From assembly GCF_024700885.2 (NCBI RefSeq), contig NZ_CP117016.1: a stretch of DNA of 64,000 nucleotides, one strand, 5' to 3'. The notes below the pieces were generated by a model. The model was not told where the DNA came from. It ran no database searches and was given only the letters and a program-made list of their open reading frames with translations. Below are positions 11,299 through 22,879 of the stretch, piece after piece (the stretch's first letter is position 1; each line of letters begins with the position of its first letter). Both the position numbers and the translations under genes were made by a program. The DNA comes from Escherichia coli. GTDB taxonomy: Bacteria > Pseudomonadota > Gammaproteobacteria > Enterobacterales > Enterobacteriaceae.

Positions 11299-12147
11299 TT
11301 ATGTGATCGCGCCCTGGTCGTCCCTGACAGTAAATCCCAGTTCATTAGAAATAGCCTGCGCGGTTTCACGCAGTGGTTTCAGGAGATTTTTCTCCCCCAC
11401 CTGTTTCAGACGTGATGTCGAAAGCGAAATCGACACGGCGTACGGCACCCGCCCATGAATATCAAACACCGGAACAGCAATACAGGAGACGCCGAGTTCG
11501 TTTTCTTCTCTGTCCATCGCCGCTCCGCTTTCACGAATGTGCGCCAGTTCGTCGAACATCGCGGGCAGCTCGGTAATGGTATTGCGGGTTAACGGCTGGA
11601 TCTCATTCTGATGGCTTTTCCAGTATGACTTCACGTAGTCCGGGTGACCAAACGCCATGTAGATCTTGCCCATTGCGGAACAGTAGAGCGGCATATGCTG
11701 GCCTATATAGGCACGGGTTCGCAGCATCCCAGTTGTGGGTTCCAGCTTATAAATCAAAATAGCGTGATCGTCTTCGCGGCTGGAGAAGTTAATGGTTTCA
11801 CCAGTGGCGATGTTCAGTGCCTCAAGATGCGGAGCGGCGATATGAATGATATTCAGCGAAGACAGCGCCTTCTGCCCGACGGCAATAAATTTGGTAGTCA
11901 GGCGGTAACTCCCTGCGGCGGGCGCGGTGGTCACATAGCCGCAGGACTGTAATCCCTGCAATAAGCGATGGACGGTACTCTTATTTAAACCAGCCAGTTC
12001 CGAAAGATGCGCCAACGGACAACCGTTTGGATAGTTGCTCAAAATCTCAATCAGCATCAACCCGCGAAACAGACTCTGGCTTCCGGCTGGACGCTCTTTT
12101 TCCTGCGCCATCTCGTTCTCTTTTTTTCCCATCACTTCTTTCCCCAT
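11299..12147 (-). CDS. yiaJ: IclR-family transcriptional repressor of the yiaK-sgbE operon
   Basis: 282 aa; N-terminal HTH (…LSELAGLNKSTVHRLLQGL…); divergent from yiaK. Confidence 0.9.
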   Translation of the reverse strand: MGKEVMGKKENEMAQEKERPAGSQSLFRGLMLIEILSNYPNGCPLAHLSELAGLNKSTVHRLLQGLQSCGYVTTAPAAGSYRLTTKFIAVGQKALSSLNIIHIAAPHLEALNIATGETINFSSREDDHAILIYKLEPTTGMLRTRAYIGQHMPLYCSAMGKIYMAFGHPDYVKSYWKSHQNEIQPLTRNTITELPAMFDELAHIRESGAAMDREENELGVSCIAVPVFDIHGRVPYAVSISLSTSRLKQVGEKNLLKPLRETAQAISNELGFTVRDDQGAIT

Positions 12148-12347
12148 TTTGTCGCGTCCTGATGGTAGCGCAAAGTGTGTCGTAGTTCACGATCTCGACA
12201 GATAATTTATAACCACTTGATTTTTAAGTTTTTTGAAATTCATCAATCAGATTGCTTTGTTAAAAAGCGATCGATATATTTGAAATTAGATTTCGCATAT
12301 TGAAATTTTAAGCCAAAAAAGCGATCAAAAAAACAAGGAAGCCAGGG
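12148..12347. promoter_or_regulatory. yiaJ/yiaK divergent promoter region
   Basis: AT-rich 200-bp spacer with repeated tgaaatt/ttgaaat motifs upstream of yiaK. Operator positions not mapped. Confidence 0.4.
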
Positions 12348-13346
12348 ATGAAAGTGACATTTGAGCAGTTAAAAGCAGCCTTTAATCGAGTCTTAATTTC
12401 ACGCGGCGTTGACAGCGAAACGGCTGATGCCTGTGCCGAAATGTTCGCCCGCACCACCGAATCCGGCGTTTATTCTCACGGCGTCAACCGTTTCCCTCGT
12501 TTCATTCAACAACTGGAAAACGGCGATATCATTCCCGATGCCCAACCCAAACGTATAACCAGCCTCGGCGCAATTGAACAGTGGGACGCTCAGCGTTCGA
12601 TCGGTAACCTGACAGCGAAAAAGATGATGGATCGCGCCATTGAACTGGCTGCCGATCACGGTATTGGTCTGGTGGCACTACGTAATGCCAACCACTGGAT
12701 GCGCGGCGGCAGCTACGGCTGGCAGGCGGCGGAAAAAGGCTATATTGGCATTTGCTGGACCAACTCCATCGCCGTAATGCCGCCGTGGGGCGCAAAAGAG
12801 TGTCGCATCGGCACCAACCCGCTGATCGTCGCCATTCCTTCTACCCCAATCACCATGGTCGATATGTCGATGTCGATGTTCTCTTACGGCATGTTAGAAG
12901 TTAACCGTCTGGCAGGTCGTCAGCTCCCGGTTGATGGTGGCTTTGATGATGAGGGCAATTTGACCAAAGAACCTGGCGTTATCGAGAAGAATCGCCGCAT
13001 TTTGCCGATGGGCTACTGGAAAGGTTCTGGCATGTCGATTGTGCTGGATATGATCGCCACTCTCCTTTCCGACGGCGCATCGGTTGCCGAAGTCACCCAG
13101 GACAACAGCGACGAATACGGCGTTTCGCAAATCTTTATCGCCATCGAAGTGGATAAATTGATCGACGGCCCCACCCGCGATGCAAAGCTGCAACGCATCA
13201 TGGATTACGTTACTACCGCTGAACGCGCTGACGAAAACCAGGCCATCCGCTTACCCGGCCACGAATTTACTACCCTGCTGGCCGAAAACCGCCGTAACGG
13301 CATCACCGTTGATGACAGCGTGTGGGCCAAAATCCAGGCGTTATGA
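12348..13346 (+). CDS. yiaK: 2,3-diketo-L-gulonate reductase
   Basis: 332 aa; Ldh_2-type dehydrogenase; first gene of the yiaK-sgbE operon. Confidence 0.9.
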   Translation: MKVTFEQLKAAFNRVLISRGVDSETADACAEMFARTTESGVYSHGVNRFPRFIQQLENGDIIPDAQPKRITSLGAIEQWDAQRSIGNLTAKKMMDRAIELAADHGIGLVALRNANHWMRGGSYGWQAAEKGYIGICWTNSIAVMPPWGAKECRIGTNPLIVAIPSTPITMVDMSMSMFSYGMLEVNRLAGRQLPVDGGFDDEGNLTKEPGVIEKNRRILPMGYWKGSGMSIVLDMIATLLSDGASVAEVTQDNSDEYGVSQIFIAIEVDKLIDGPTRDAKLQRIMDYVTTAERADENQAIRLPGHEFTTLLAENRRNGITVDDSVWAKIQAL

Positions 13347-13354
13347 GGAGATAA

Positions 13355-13825
<471 letters not shown>

Positions 13826-13942
13826 TCGAATAATCGTCTACGCCAGAACGCCTGGGTAATGTTATTGCTCTAACTATATTAATAATTTAGGTTGCTGCAC
13901 ATGTAACTTGAATTATGACAAACATAGCCTCAAGGAATAGCT

Positions 13943-14416
13943 ATGAAAAAAATACTTGAAGCAATACTGGCGATTAATCTCGCCGTACTTTCCTGTATTG
14001 TGTTTATAAACATTATTTTAAGATATGGTTTTCAGACAAGCATTTTATCTGTAGATGAATTGTCACGTTATTTATTTGTCTGGTTAACATTTATTGGCGC
14101 GATTGTGGCTTTTATGGATAACGCCCACGTTCAGGTCACCTTTCTGGTGGAGAAACTCTCCCCCGCATGGCAGCGACGAGTCGCTCTGGTTACCCATTCC
14201 TTAATCTTATTTATTTGTGGCGCACTGGCCTGGGGCGCAACGCTAAAAACAATTCAGGACTGGAGCGATTATTCACCGATCCTCGGTTTGCCCATCGGCC
14301 TGATGTATGCCGCTTGTCTGCCCACCAGCCTCGTTATCGCATTCTTTGAACTGCGTCATTTATATCAACTCATCACGCGTAGCAATTCTCTAACGTCGCC
14401 ACCGCAAGGAGCTTAA
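13943..14416 (+). CDS. yiaM: TRAP transporter small permease
   Basis: 157-aa hydrophobic protein immediately before the large permease. Confidence 0.88.
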
Positions 14417-14418
14417 TC

Positions 14419-15696
14419 ATGGCTGTGCTGATTTTTCTGGGCTGTCTGTTGGGTGGTATTGCTATCGGTTTGCCTATTGCCTGGGCACTTTTGTTGTGCG
14501 GGGCGGCGTTAATGTTCTGGCTGGATATGTTTGATGTCCAGATCATGGCACAAACGCTGGTGAACGGAGCCGACAGTTTCTCCCTGCTGGCGATACCGTT
14601 CTTTGTGCTGGCGGGTGAAATTATGAATGCGGGCGGCTTGTCGAAACGCATTGTTGACCTGCCGATGAAACTGGTGGGGCATAAACCTGGCGGGCTGGGC
14701 TACGTCGGCGTGCTGGCGGCTATGATTATGGCAAGCCTTTCCGGTTCTGCCGTTGCAGATACCGCCGCCGTCGCCGCGTTACTGGTGCCGATGATGCGCA
14801 GCGCTAACTACCCGGTCAACCGTGCTGCGGGGCTGATTGCCTCTGGCGGGATTATCGCGCCAATTATTCCTCCTTCCATTCCGTTTATTATCTTCGGCGT
14901 TTCCAGCGGATTATCCATCAGTAAGCTGTTTATGGCGGGCATTGCCCCTGGCATGATGATGGGTGCAACGCTGATGCTTACCTGGTGGTGGCAGGCCAGT
15001 CGCCTTAATTTACCCCGCCAGCAAAAAGCAACGATGCAGGAAATCTGGCACTCTTTTGTCTCCGGTATCTGGGCGCTGTTTCTTCCAGTCATCATTATTG
15101 GCGGGTTTCGCTCCGGTCTGTTTACCCCTACCGAAGCCGGGGCCGTTGCTGCTTTCTATGCGCTGTTTGTCGCCACAGTTATTTACCGTGAAATGACCTT
15201 CGCCACACTTTGGCATGTGCTCATTGGCGCAGCGAAAACGACCTCAGTGGTGATGTTTCTGGTGGCCTCGGCACAAGTTTCCGCCTGGCTGATCACCATT
15301 GCTGAACTGCCGATGATGGTTTCTGATTTACTGCAACCGCTGGTCGATTCACCGCGTCTGCTGTTTATCGTCATTATGGTGGCTATCCTGATTGTCGGCA
15401 TGGTCATGGATTTAACGCCGACGGTATTAATTCTTACCCCGGTATTAATGCCTTTAGTTAAAGAGGCAGGAATCGATCCGATTTATTTCGGTGTCATGTT
15501 TATCATTAACTGCTCAATCGGCTTAATTACACCGCCTATCGGTAATGTGCTTAACGTTATTTCAGGGGTGGCAAAACTCAAATTCGATGATGCAGTCAGA
15601 GGCGTTTTCCCTTACGTCCTGGTTTTATATTCATTATTAGTCGTATTTGTTTTTATTCCCGATCTCATCATCCTCCCTTTGAAATGGATTAATTAA
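14419..15696 (+). CDS. yiaN: TRAP transporter large permease
   Basis: 425-aa polytopic membrane protein (DctM-like). Confidence 0.9.
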   Translation: MAVLIFLGCLLGGIAIGLPIAWALLLCGAALMFWLDMFDVQIMAQTLVNGADSFSLLAIPFFVLAGEIMNAGGLSKRIVDLPMKLVGHKPGGLGYVGVLAAMIMASLSGSAVADTAAVAALLVPMMRSANYPVNRAAGLIASGGIIAPIIPPSIPFIIFGVSSGLSISKLFMAGIAPGMMMGATLMLTWWWQASRLNLPRQQKATMQEIWHSFVSGIWALFLPVIIIGGFRSGLFTPTEAGAVAAFYALFVATVIYREMTFATLWHVLIGAAKTTSVVMFLVASAQVSAWLITIAELPMMVSDLLQPLVDSPRLLFIVIMVAILIVGMVMDLTPTVLILTPVLMPLVKEAGIDPIYFGVMFIINCSIGLITPPIGNVLNVISGVAKLKFDDAVRGVFPYVLVLYSLLVVFVFIPDLIILPLKWIN

Positions 15697-15708
15697 AAGG
15701 AAAATATT

Positions 15709-16695
15709 ATGAAATTACGCTCTGTAACCTACGCATTATTCATTGCTGGCCTGGCTGCATTTAGTACATCTTCAATGGCGGCGCAGTCTTTACGTTTCGG
15801 TTATGAAACCTCACAAACCGACTCGCAACATATTGCGGCGAAAAAATTCAATGATTTATTGCAGGAGAGAACCAAAGGCGAGCTGAAATTAAAACTGTTC
15901 CCGGACAGCACTCTCGGTAACGCGCAGGCGATGATCAGCGGCGTACGTGGCGGCACCATCGATATGGAAATGTCCGGCTCGAATAACTTTGCCGGGTTAT
16001 CACCAGTGATGAACTTGCTTGATGTCCCTTTCCTGTTCCGCGATACCGCTCACGCGCATAAAACGCTCGACGGCAAAGTCGGTGATGATTTGAAAGCCTC
16101 ACTTGAAGGTAAAGGACTGAAAGTACTTGCCTACTGGGAAAACGGCTGGCGCGATGTCACCAACTCCCGCGCACCAGTTAAAACCCCCGCAGACCTGAAA
16201 GGGTTGAAAATCCGCACCAACAATAGCCCGATGAATATCGCCGCATTCAAAGTCTTTGGCGCTAACCCGATCCCGATGCCGTTTGCCGAAGTCTATACCG
16301 GGCTGGAAACGCGCACTATCGACGCTCAGGAACACCCGATCAACGTCGTCTGGTCAGCAAAATTTTTCGAAGTACAGAAGTACCTTTCTCTGACGCACCA
16401 CGCCTATTCGCCACTTCTGGTGGTGATCAACAAAGCGAAGTTTGACGGCTTAACCCCGGAGTTCCAGCAGGCGCTGATCTCATCTGCGCAGGAAGCGGGT
16501 AACTACCAGCGCAAACTGGTTGCCGAAGATCAGCAAAAAATCATCGACGGCATGAAAGAAGCGGGCGTGGAAGTCATCACCGATCTCGACCGCAAAGCCT
16601 TTAGCGACGCACTGGGGAATCAGGTTCGCGACATGTTTGTTAAAGATGTGCCGCAGGGAGCTGATCTGCTGAAAGCCGTGGATGAGGTGCAATAA
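15709..16695 (+). CDS. yiaO: TRAP transporter periplasmic solute-binding protein
   Basis: 328 aa with signal peptide; DctP-like. Confidence 0.9.
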   Translation: MKLRSVTYALFIAGLAAFSTSSMAAQSLRFGYETSQTDSQHIAAKKFNDLLQERTKGELKLKLFPDSTLGNAQAMISGVRGGTIDMEMSGSNNFAGLSPVMNLLDVPFLFRDTAHAHKTLDGKVGDDLKASLEGKGLKVLAYWENGWRDVTNSRAPVKTPADLKGLKIRTNNSPMNIAAFKVFGANPIPMPFAEVYTGLETRTIDAQEHPINVVWSAKFFEVQKYLSLTHHAYSPLLVVINKAKFDGLTPEFQQALISSAQEAGNYQRKLVAEDQQKIIDGMKEAGVEVITDLDRKAFSDALGNQVRDMFVKDVPQGADLLKAVDEVQ

Positions 16696-16698
16696 ACC

Positions 16699-18195
16699 AT
16701 GACGCAATACTGGCTGGGGTTAGATTGTGGCGGTAGCTGGCTGAAAGCCGGGCTGTATGACCGCGAAGGCCGGGAGGCAGGCGTGCAACGCCTGCCGCTG
16801 TGCACATTAAGCCCGCAGCCAGGCTGGGCAGAGCGCGATATGGCAGAACTGTGGCAATGCTGCATGGCTGTCATTCGCGCCCTGCTTACCCATTCCGGCG
16901 TTAGCGGGGAACAAATTGTCGGTATCGGCATCTCCGCACAGGGAAAGGGCTTGTTTTTGCTGGATAAAAACGACAAGCCGCTCGGTAACGCCATTTTGTC
17001 CTCGGATCGCCGGGCGATGGAAATCGTTCATCGCTGGCAGGAAGATGGCATCCCGGAAAAACTCTACCCGCTGACCCGACAAACCTTGTGGACCGGGCAT
17101 CCGGTGTCGCTGTTACGCTGGCTGAAAGAGCACGAACCGGAACGCTACGCGCAAATTGGCTGCGTGATGATGACGCACGACTACCTGCGCTGGTGTTTAA
17201 CCGGCGTCAAAGGTTGCGAAGAGAGCAATATTTCTGAGTCCAATCTCTACAACATGAGTCTTGGGGAATATGACCCGTGCCTCACCGACTGGCTTGGGAT
17301 CGCTGAAATCAACCACGCCCTGCCGCCTGTTGTCGGATCTGCCGAAATCTGCGGGGAGATCACCGCTCAGACAGCCGCACTGACCGGTCTGAAAGCGGGT
17401 ACGCCCGTTGTCGGCGGCCTGTTTGATGTGGTTTCCACCGCACTCTGTGCCGGGATCGAAGACGAATTTACCCTTAATGCGGTGATGGGCACCTGGGCGG
17501 TGACCAGCGGAATAACCCGTGGTTTACGTGACGGTGAAGCGCATCCGTATGTCTATGGTCGCTACGTTAACGATGGTCAATTTATCGTTCACGAAGCCAG
17601 CCCCACCTCTTCCGGCAACCTCGAATGGTTTACCGCACAGTGGGGAGAAATCTCGTTTGATGAGATTAACCAGGCCGTTGCCAGCTTGCCAAAGGCCGGG
17701 GGCGATCTCTTTTTCCTGCCGTTCCTGTACGGCAGCAACGCCGGACTCGAGATGACCAGCGGTTTCTACGGGATGCAGGCCATTCACACCCGCGCACACC
17801 TGTTGCAGGCCATTTATGAAGGGGTGGTATTCAGCCATATGACCCATCTCAACCGGATGCGCGAACGTTTTACTGATGTGCACACCCTGCGCGTCACTGG
17901 CGGCCCGGCGCATTCCGATGTCTGGATGCAAATGCTGGCGGACGTCAGCGGGCTGCGTATCGAACTGCCGCAGGTGGAAGAAACCGGCTGTTTTGGCGCG
18001 GCGCTTGCCGCCCGCGTCGGCACCGGGGTTTATCGCGATTTCAGCGAAGCCCAACGTGATTTACAGCACCCAGTACGCACCCTGCTGCCGGATATGACCG
18101 CACATCAGCTTTACCAACAAAAATACCAACGCTATCAGCATCTCATTGCCGCACTTCAGGGCTTTCACGCCCGCATCAAGGAGCACACATTATGA
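16699..18195 (+). CDS. lyxK: L-xylulose/3-keto-L-gulonate kinase
   Basis: 498 aa; FGGY sugar kinase; operon position. Confidence 0.9.
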   Translation: MTQYWLGLDCGGSWLKAGLYDREGREAGVQRLPLCTLSPQPGWAERDMAELWQCCMAVIRALLTHSGVSGEQIVGIGISAQGKGLFLLDKNDKPLGNAILSSDRRAMEIVHRWQEDGIPEKLYPLTRQTLWTGHPVSLLRWLKEHEPERYAQIGCVMMTHDYLRWCLTGVKGCEESNISESNLYNMSLGEYDPCLTDWLGIAEINHALPPVVGSAEICGEITAQTAALTGLKAGTPVVGGLFDVVSTALCAGIEDEFTLNAVMGTWAVTSGITRGLRDGEAHPYVYGRYVNDGQFIVHEASPTSSGNLEWFTAQWGEISFDEINQAVASLPKAGGDLFFLPFLYGSNAGLEMTSGFYGMQAIHTRAHLLQAIYEGVVFSHMTHLNRMRERFTDVHTLRVTGGPAHSDVWMQMLADVSGLRIELPQVEETGCFGAALAARVGTGVYRDFSEAQRDLQHPVRTLLPDMTAHQLYQQKYQRYQHLIAALQGFHARIKEHTL

Positions 18196-18854
18196 GCCGA
18201 CCACTTCTGCAACTGGCCCTCGACCACTCATCACTTGAAGCCGCGCAGCGCGACGTGATGCTGTTAAAAGACAGCGTCGATATCGTCGAAGCGGGCACTA
18301 TTCTCTGTTTAAACGAAGGGCTTGGCGCGGTGAAAGCCTTGCGCGAACAGTGCCCGGATAAAATCATCGTTGCCGACTGGAAGGTCGCCGACGCGGGTGA
18401 AACGCTCGTGCAACAGGCATTTGGCGCAGGCGCTAACTGGATGACCATCATCTGCGCCGCGCCGCTCGCGACGGTGGAAAAAGGCCACGCCATGGCGCAA
18501 CGCTGCGGTGGTGAAATTCAGATAGAACTGTTCGGCAACTGGACGCTGGACGACGCCCGCGACTGGCATCGTATTGGCGTGCGGCAGGCCATTTATCATC
18601 GCGGTCGTGACGCGCAAGCCAGCGGGCAACAGTGGTGCGAAGCCGATCTGGCACGTATGAAGGCGCTTTCCGATATCGGCCTTGAGCTTTCCATTACCGG
18701 CGGGATTACCCCTGCTGACCTGCCGCTGTTTAAAGATATCCGCGTGAAAGCGTTTATTGCCGGGCGGGCGCTGGCAGGCGCAGCAAATCCGGCGCAGGTG
18801 GCTGGCGATTTCCATGCGCAAATCGACGCTATCTGGGGAGGCGCGCGTGCGTAA
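18192..18854 (+). CDS. sgbH: 3-keto-L-gulonate-6-phosphate decarboxylase
   Basis: 220 aa; overlaps the lyxK stop. Confidence 0.9.
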   Translation: MSRPLLQLALDHSSLEAAQRDVMLLKDSVDIVEAGTILCLNEGLGAVKALREQCPDKIIVADWKVADAGETLVQQAFGAGANWMTIICAAPLATVEKGHAMAQRCGGEIQIELFGNWTLDDARDWHRIGVRQAIYHRGRDAQASGQQWCEADLARMKALSDIGLELSITGGITPADLPLFKDIRVKAFIAGRALAGAANPAQVAGDFHAQIDAIWGGARA

Positions 18855-19707
18855 TCATCCGTTAGGTATTTATGAAAAAGCGCTGGCGAAAGATCTCTCC
18901 TGGCCTGAGCGGCTGGTGCTGGCGAAAAGCTGCGGTTTTGATTTTGTCGAAATGTCGGTGGATGAAACCGACGAACGTTTGTCACGCCTTGACTGGAACG
19001 CCGCACAACGTGCTTCACTGGTCACTGCGATGATCGAAACGGGTGTTGCCATTCCGTCAATGTGCCTGTCCGCACATCGTCGCTTTCCCTTTGGCAGCCG
19101 GGACGAGGCGGTGCGCGAACGGGCGCGGAAAATCATGAGTAAAGCGATTCGCCTGGCGCGCGATCTCGGCATTCGCACCATTCAACTGGCGGGTTATGAC
19201 GTCTATTACGAAGACCACGACGAAGGCACCCGGCAACGTTTTGCTGAAGGGCTGGCGTGGGCGGTCGAACAGGCGGCGGCATCACAAGTAATGCTGGCGG
19301 TGGAGATTATGGATACCGCGTTTATGAACTCCATCAGCAAATGGAAAAAATGGGACGAGATGCTCGCCTCGCCGTGGTTCACCGTCTACCCGGACGTCGG
19401 CAACCTCAGCGCCTGGGGCAATGATGTTTCCGCCGAACTGAAACTGGGCATTGACCGTATTGCCGCAATCCACCTGAAAGACACCCGGCCAGTGACCGAG
19501 CAAAGCCCCGGACAGTTCCGTGATGTGCCGTTTGGCGAAGGCTGCGTCGATTTCGTTGGCATCTTCAAAACGCTGCATGAACTGAACTATCGCGGTTCTT
19601 TCCTGATTGAGATGTGGACCGAAAAAGCCAAAGAGCCGGTGCTGGAGATTATTCAGGCGCGGCGCTGGATTGAAGCGCGTATGCAGGAGGCTGGATTTAT
19701 ATGTTAG
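18847..19707 (+). CDS. sgbU: L-xylulose-5-phosphate 3-epimerase
   Basis: 286 aa from an in-frame GTG at 18847 ([15 protein letters not shown]…), 8 nt overlap with sgbH. Track start at 18757 rejected as an extension through sgbH. Confidence 0.85.
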   Translation: MRNHPLGIYEKALAKDLSWPERLVLAKSCGFDFVEMSVDETDERLSRLDWNAAQRASLVTAMIETGVAIPSMCLSAHRRFPFGSRDEAVRERARKIMSKAIRLARDLGIRTIQLAGYDVYYEDHDEGTRQRFAEGLAWAVEQAAASQVMLAVEIMDTAFMNSISKWKKWDEMLASPWFTVYPDVGNLSAWGNDVSAELKLGIDRIAAIHLKDTRPVTEQSPGQFRDVPFGEGCVDFVGIFKTLHELNYRGSFLIEMWTEKAKEPVLEIIQARRWIEARMQEAGFIC

Positions 19708-20396
19708 AGCAACTGAAAGCCGACGTGCTGGCGGCAAATCTGGCACTTCCCGCTCACCATCTGGTGACGTTCACCTGGGGCAATGTCAGCGCGGTAGACG
19801 AAACGCGGCAATGGATGGTAATCAAACCTTCCGGCGTCGAGTACGACGTGATGACTGCCGACGATATGGTGGTGGTTGAGATAGCCAGCGGTAAGGGGGT
19901 GGAAGGCAGCAAAAAGCCCTCGTCCGACACGCCAACGCATCTGGCGCTCTACCGTCGCTATGCCGAAATCGGTGGCATTGTGCATACCCACTCGCGCCAC
20001 GCGACCATCTGGTCACAGGCCGGGCTGGATCTCCCCGCCTGGGGCACCACGCACGCCGATTACTTCTATGGAGCCATCCCCTGCACGCGCCTGATGACCG
20101 CAGAAGAGATCAACGGCGAGTATGAATACCAGACTGGCGAAGTGATCATTGAAACCCTCGAAGAACGCGGCAGGAGTCCAGCGCAAATCCCGGCGGTTCT
20201 GGTACATTCTCACGGCCCGTTCGCCTGGGGTAAAAACGCCGCCGATGCGGTGCATAATGCCGTAGTGCTGGAAGAGTGCGCCTATATGGGCCTGTTCTCG
20301 CGCCAGCTTGCGCCGCAACTCCCTGCGATGCAAAACGAACTGTTGGATAAGCACTACCTGCGTAAGCATGGGGCCAATGCCTATTACGGGCAGTAA
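19701..20396 (+). CDS. sgbE: L-ribulose-5-phosphate 4-epimerase
   Basis: 231 aa; class II aldolase/epimerase; overlaps the sgbU stop. Confidence 0.9.
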   Translation: MLEQLKADVLAANLALPAHHLVTFTWGNVSAVDETRQWMVIKPSGVEYDVMTADDMVVVEIASGKGVEGSKKPSSDTPTHLALYRRYAEIGGIVHTHSRHATIWSQAGLDLPAWGTTHADYFYGAIPCTRLMTAEEINGEYEYQTGEVIIETLEERGRSPAQIPAVLVHSHGPFAWGKNAADAVHNAVVLEECAYMGLFSRQLAPQLPAMQNELLDKHYLRKHGANAYYGQ

Positions 20397-20427
20397 TCCC
20401 TCACGCCGGGGCTTCATTGCCCCGGCA

Positions 20428-21243
20428 CTACGAATTGATATGTTCCTTGCTGTAACGTCGCTTCCACGCAGCTGGCGTTAAACCGGTGTGTTTGCGAAAA
20501 ATCTGCCGGAAATAGCCAACGTCATTAAACCCACACAACGCCGCCACTTCCGTGAGCGATCGCGCTTCGCTAATTAACAGCTTTTCGGCTTCGCGCACTC
20601 GCTGGCGATGGATTGCTTCTGTTAACGTCAGATGAAACACCCGCCGATAGACGCGCCCAAGATAATCGGCATTGCAGTACAGCTCGCGGGCTAAAAGCGC
20701 CGTGGAAAGCGGGCGATGATATTGCGTGCGGATCAGTTTCTGCGCTTTCCAGGCAAGCGTGGTACCTGCGGCATCGGCCTGTTCATCAAGACGCGCGTCA
20801 CGGGTGAGTTGCTGCAAAATCAGCAGCACAATAAACTCCAGCGCCGGAGTGCGTTGATGCTTTTCCTGTTCGCTTAAGAACTGGCGAAACAGGGCCACCA
20901 GCGCCTGCGGATCGGCAACCTTCGTTTGTTGCGGCACGCTAAGATGAGTGAGCCAGCGCGGGTCGCTATCCGGCGCTTTAACCTCAAAATGCAGCCAGTA
21001 AAATTTGAGATCGGCGGGAAAATCCTCTACCCCAACATGCTGTCGGTTCGGCCAGAGTAATAAACTCTCTCCCGCATCGACCAGAAATATCCGCTCTTCT
21101 TCCTGAATCGTTAATCGACCTTTTTCGACAAAGATAATTTCCCATGACTCCAGCCGCCTTGCCGGATGCCTCCCTACGCCACGGGAAATAAATAATCCAC
21201 CATTTTGCACTTTAATCGGTAACGTCATGGATAATTCGAGCAT
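20428..21243 (-). CDS. AraC-family transcriptional regulator (accessory)
   Basis: 271 aa; C-terminal AraC HTH (…LTEVAALCGFNDVGYFRQIFRKHTGLTPAAWKRR); N-terminal cupin-like sugar-sensing half. True start may be Met 6. Confidence 0.8.
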   Translation of the reverse strand: MLELSMTLPIKVQNGGLFISRGVGRHPARRLESWEIIFVEKGRLTIQEEERIFLVDAGESLLLWPNRQHVGVEDFPADLKFYWLHFEVKAPDSDPRWLTHLSVPQQTKVADPQALVALFRQFLSEQEKHQRTPALEFIVLLILQQLTRDARLDEQADAAGTTLAWKAQKLIRTQYHRPLSTALLARELYCNADYLGRVYRRVFHLTLTEAIHRQRVREAEKLLISEARSLTEVAALCGFNDVGYFRQIFRKHTGLTPAAWKRRYSKEHINS

Positions 21244-21289
21244 TGATATGTAATTTCCCGCTTATTCATTAATGATTAAACACATTACC

Positions 21290-21308
21290 TTTTGATTATT
21301 AATCAAAA
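21290..21308. promoter_or_regulatory. Perfect 9-1-9 palindrome in the divergent AraC/transporter promoter region
   Basis: TTTTGATTA-T-TAATCAAAA read directly from the sequence; candidate operator. Confidence 0.3.
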
Positions 21309-21468
21309 ACATTAATTTCACCTGATCCATTTCACACTTTTAAATTCAGGTCGGAATCGTCACCTTTTTTTACTCTTTTCTCGCCTTGTTGATATTCCCG
21401 TTCACGGCAGAATTAATCATGTCATTGCAATAAAACTAAAAATTGCTCCCTATTCACGAGGAATATCT

Positions 21469-22869
21469 ATGACCTCTACACCGATTACTACCGCTGATAT
21501 CGCTAAAGGTAAAATTGACGATGCGTTATCTGTACGGGAAAAAATAGGCTACGGCCTGGGTGACGCAGGCGGCACCGTAATAACTTGCCTGATCATGAAC
21601 TTTCTCACCTTTTTCTACACCGACGTTTTTGGCTTAACTCCGGCGCTGGTCGGCACGCTGTTTATTGCACTGCGCGTGTTTGATGCCATCTCCGACCCGG
21701 TGATGGGCGTCATTGCCGACCGGACGCAAAGTCGCTGGGGGCGCTTTCGTCCGTGGCAGTTATGGATTGCCATTCCCATCGGCATTATCGGCATCCTGAC
21801 GTTCACCGTGCCAGATGCCAGCATGGGAGTAAAAATCGCCTGGGCGTTCGGCACTTACCTGCTCCTTTCAGTCGGTTATACCGCCATCAACGTGCCGTAC
21901 TGCGCGCTGATCAACACCATGACCACCCGCCACAATGAAGTGATCTCCTGCCAGTCCTGGCGATTCGTTCTCTGCGGCGTAGCGGGATTTCTGGTTTCGG
22001 TTGGCCTGCCGTGGATGGTGGATCTCTTCGGTCAGGGTAATGCCGCGCGCGGCTATCAACTGGGCGTCGGCGTATTGTGCGCCATCGCTGTGGTGATGTT
22101 CCTGTGCTGTTTCTTCTGGGTTCGTGAACGGGTACCACTCTCCACAATGGGGAAATTTACCCTGCGCGAACATCTTGCCGGGCTGCGAAACAACGACCAA
22201 CTGCTGCTGATGCTGGTCATGTCTTTCCTGCTGATTAACGTCTTTAACATTCGCGGCGGTGGGTATATGTACTTCATTACCTACGTCTTACAAGGCAGTA
22301 CGGGCTACACGTCGCTGTTCTTCACCATGGTCACCTTCGCCTCCATTATCGGCTCGGTGATTGTCAGCCCGTTAACGCGACGTTTCGATACCGTCAAAAT
22401 TTACTACTACACCAACCTGCTCCTCGCCGCGCTGGCGGTGTTGATGTGGTTCCTGCCTTCTGGCCCGGCTTATCAAACGCTGTGGCTGGCGGTGATCCTC
22501 GGTAATGGCGTGATTCTTGGCTTCACATTGCCATTGCACTTCTCATTGATGGCCTTTGCCGATGACTACGGCGAGTGGAAAACCCGCGTACGTTCTTCCG
22601 GCATGAACTTCGCCTTCAATCTGTTTTTCATCAAACTGGCCTGGGCCTCCAGCGCCGGGATCATCAGCCTGCTGTTTATTTTTGTCGCCTACCAGCCAGG
22701 CGTGGAAAACCAGACCACCAGTTCGCTTGGCGGGATCACGGCGATGGAAACATTACTGCCTGCGCTATTCCACCTGCTGCTGGCAGGGGCGATCCGCTTT
22801 TGCAAACTCAATAACCCTATGATGTCACGCATTGCTACCGACCTGCGTCAGCGTCATGTACAGCCTTAA
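21469..22869 (+). CDS. GPH-family (glycoside-pentoside-hexuronide) cation symporter
   Basis: 466-aa 12-TM-like protein with the GPH/MelB-like signature near the N-terminus (…GYGLGDAGG…[13 protein letters not shown]…). Confidence 0.8.
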   Translation: MTSTPITTADIAKGKIDDALSVREKIGYGLGDAGGTVITCLIMNFLTFFYTDVFGLTPALVGTLFIALRVFDAISDPVMGVIADRTQSRWGRFRPWQLWIAIPIGIIGILTFTVPDASMGVKIAWAFGTYLLLSVGYTAINVPYCALINTMTTRHNEVISCQSWRFVLCGVAGFLVSVGLPWMVDLFGQGNAARGYQLGVGVLCAIAVVMFLCCFFWVRERVPLSTMGKFTLREHLAGLRNNDQLLLMLVMSFLLINVFNIRGGGYMYFITYVLQGSTGYTSLFFTMVTFASIIGSVIVSPLTRRFDTVKIYYYTNLLLAALAVLMWFLPSGPAYQTLWLAVILGNGVILGFTLPLHFSLMAFADDYGEWKTRVRSSGMNFAFNLFFIKLAWASSAGIISLLFIFVAYQPGVENQTTSSLGGITAMETLLPALFHLLLAGAIRFCKLNNPMMSRIATDLRQRHVQP

Positions 22870-22879
22870 GGAGCACAAG

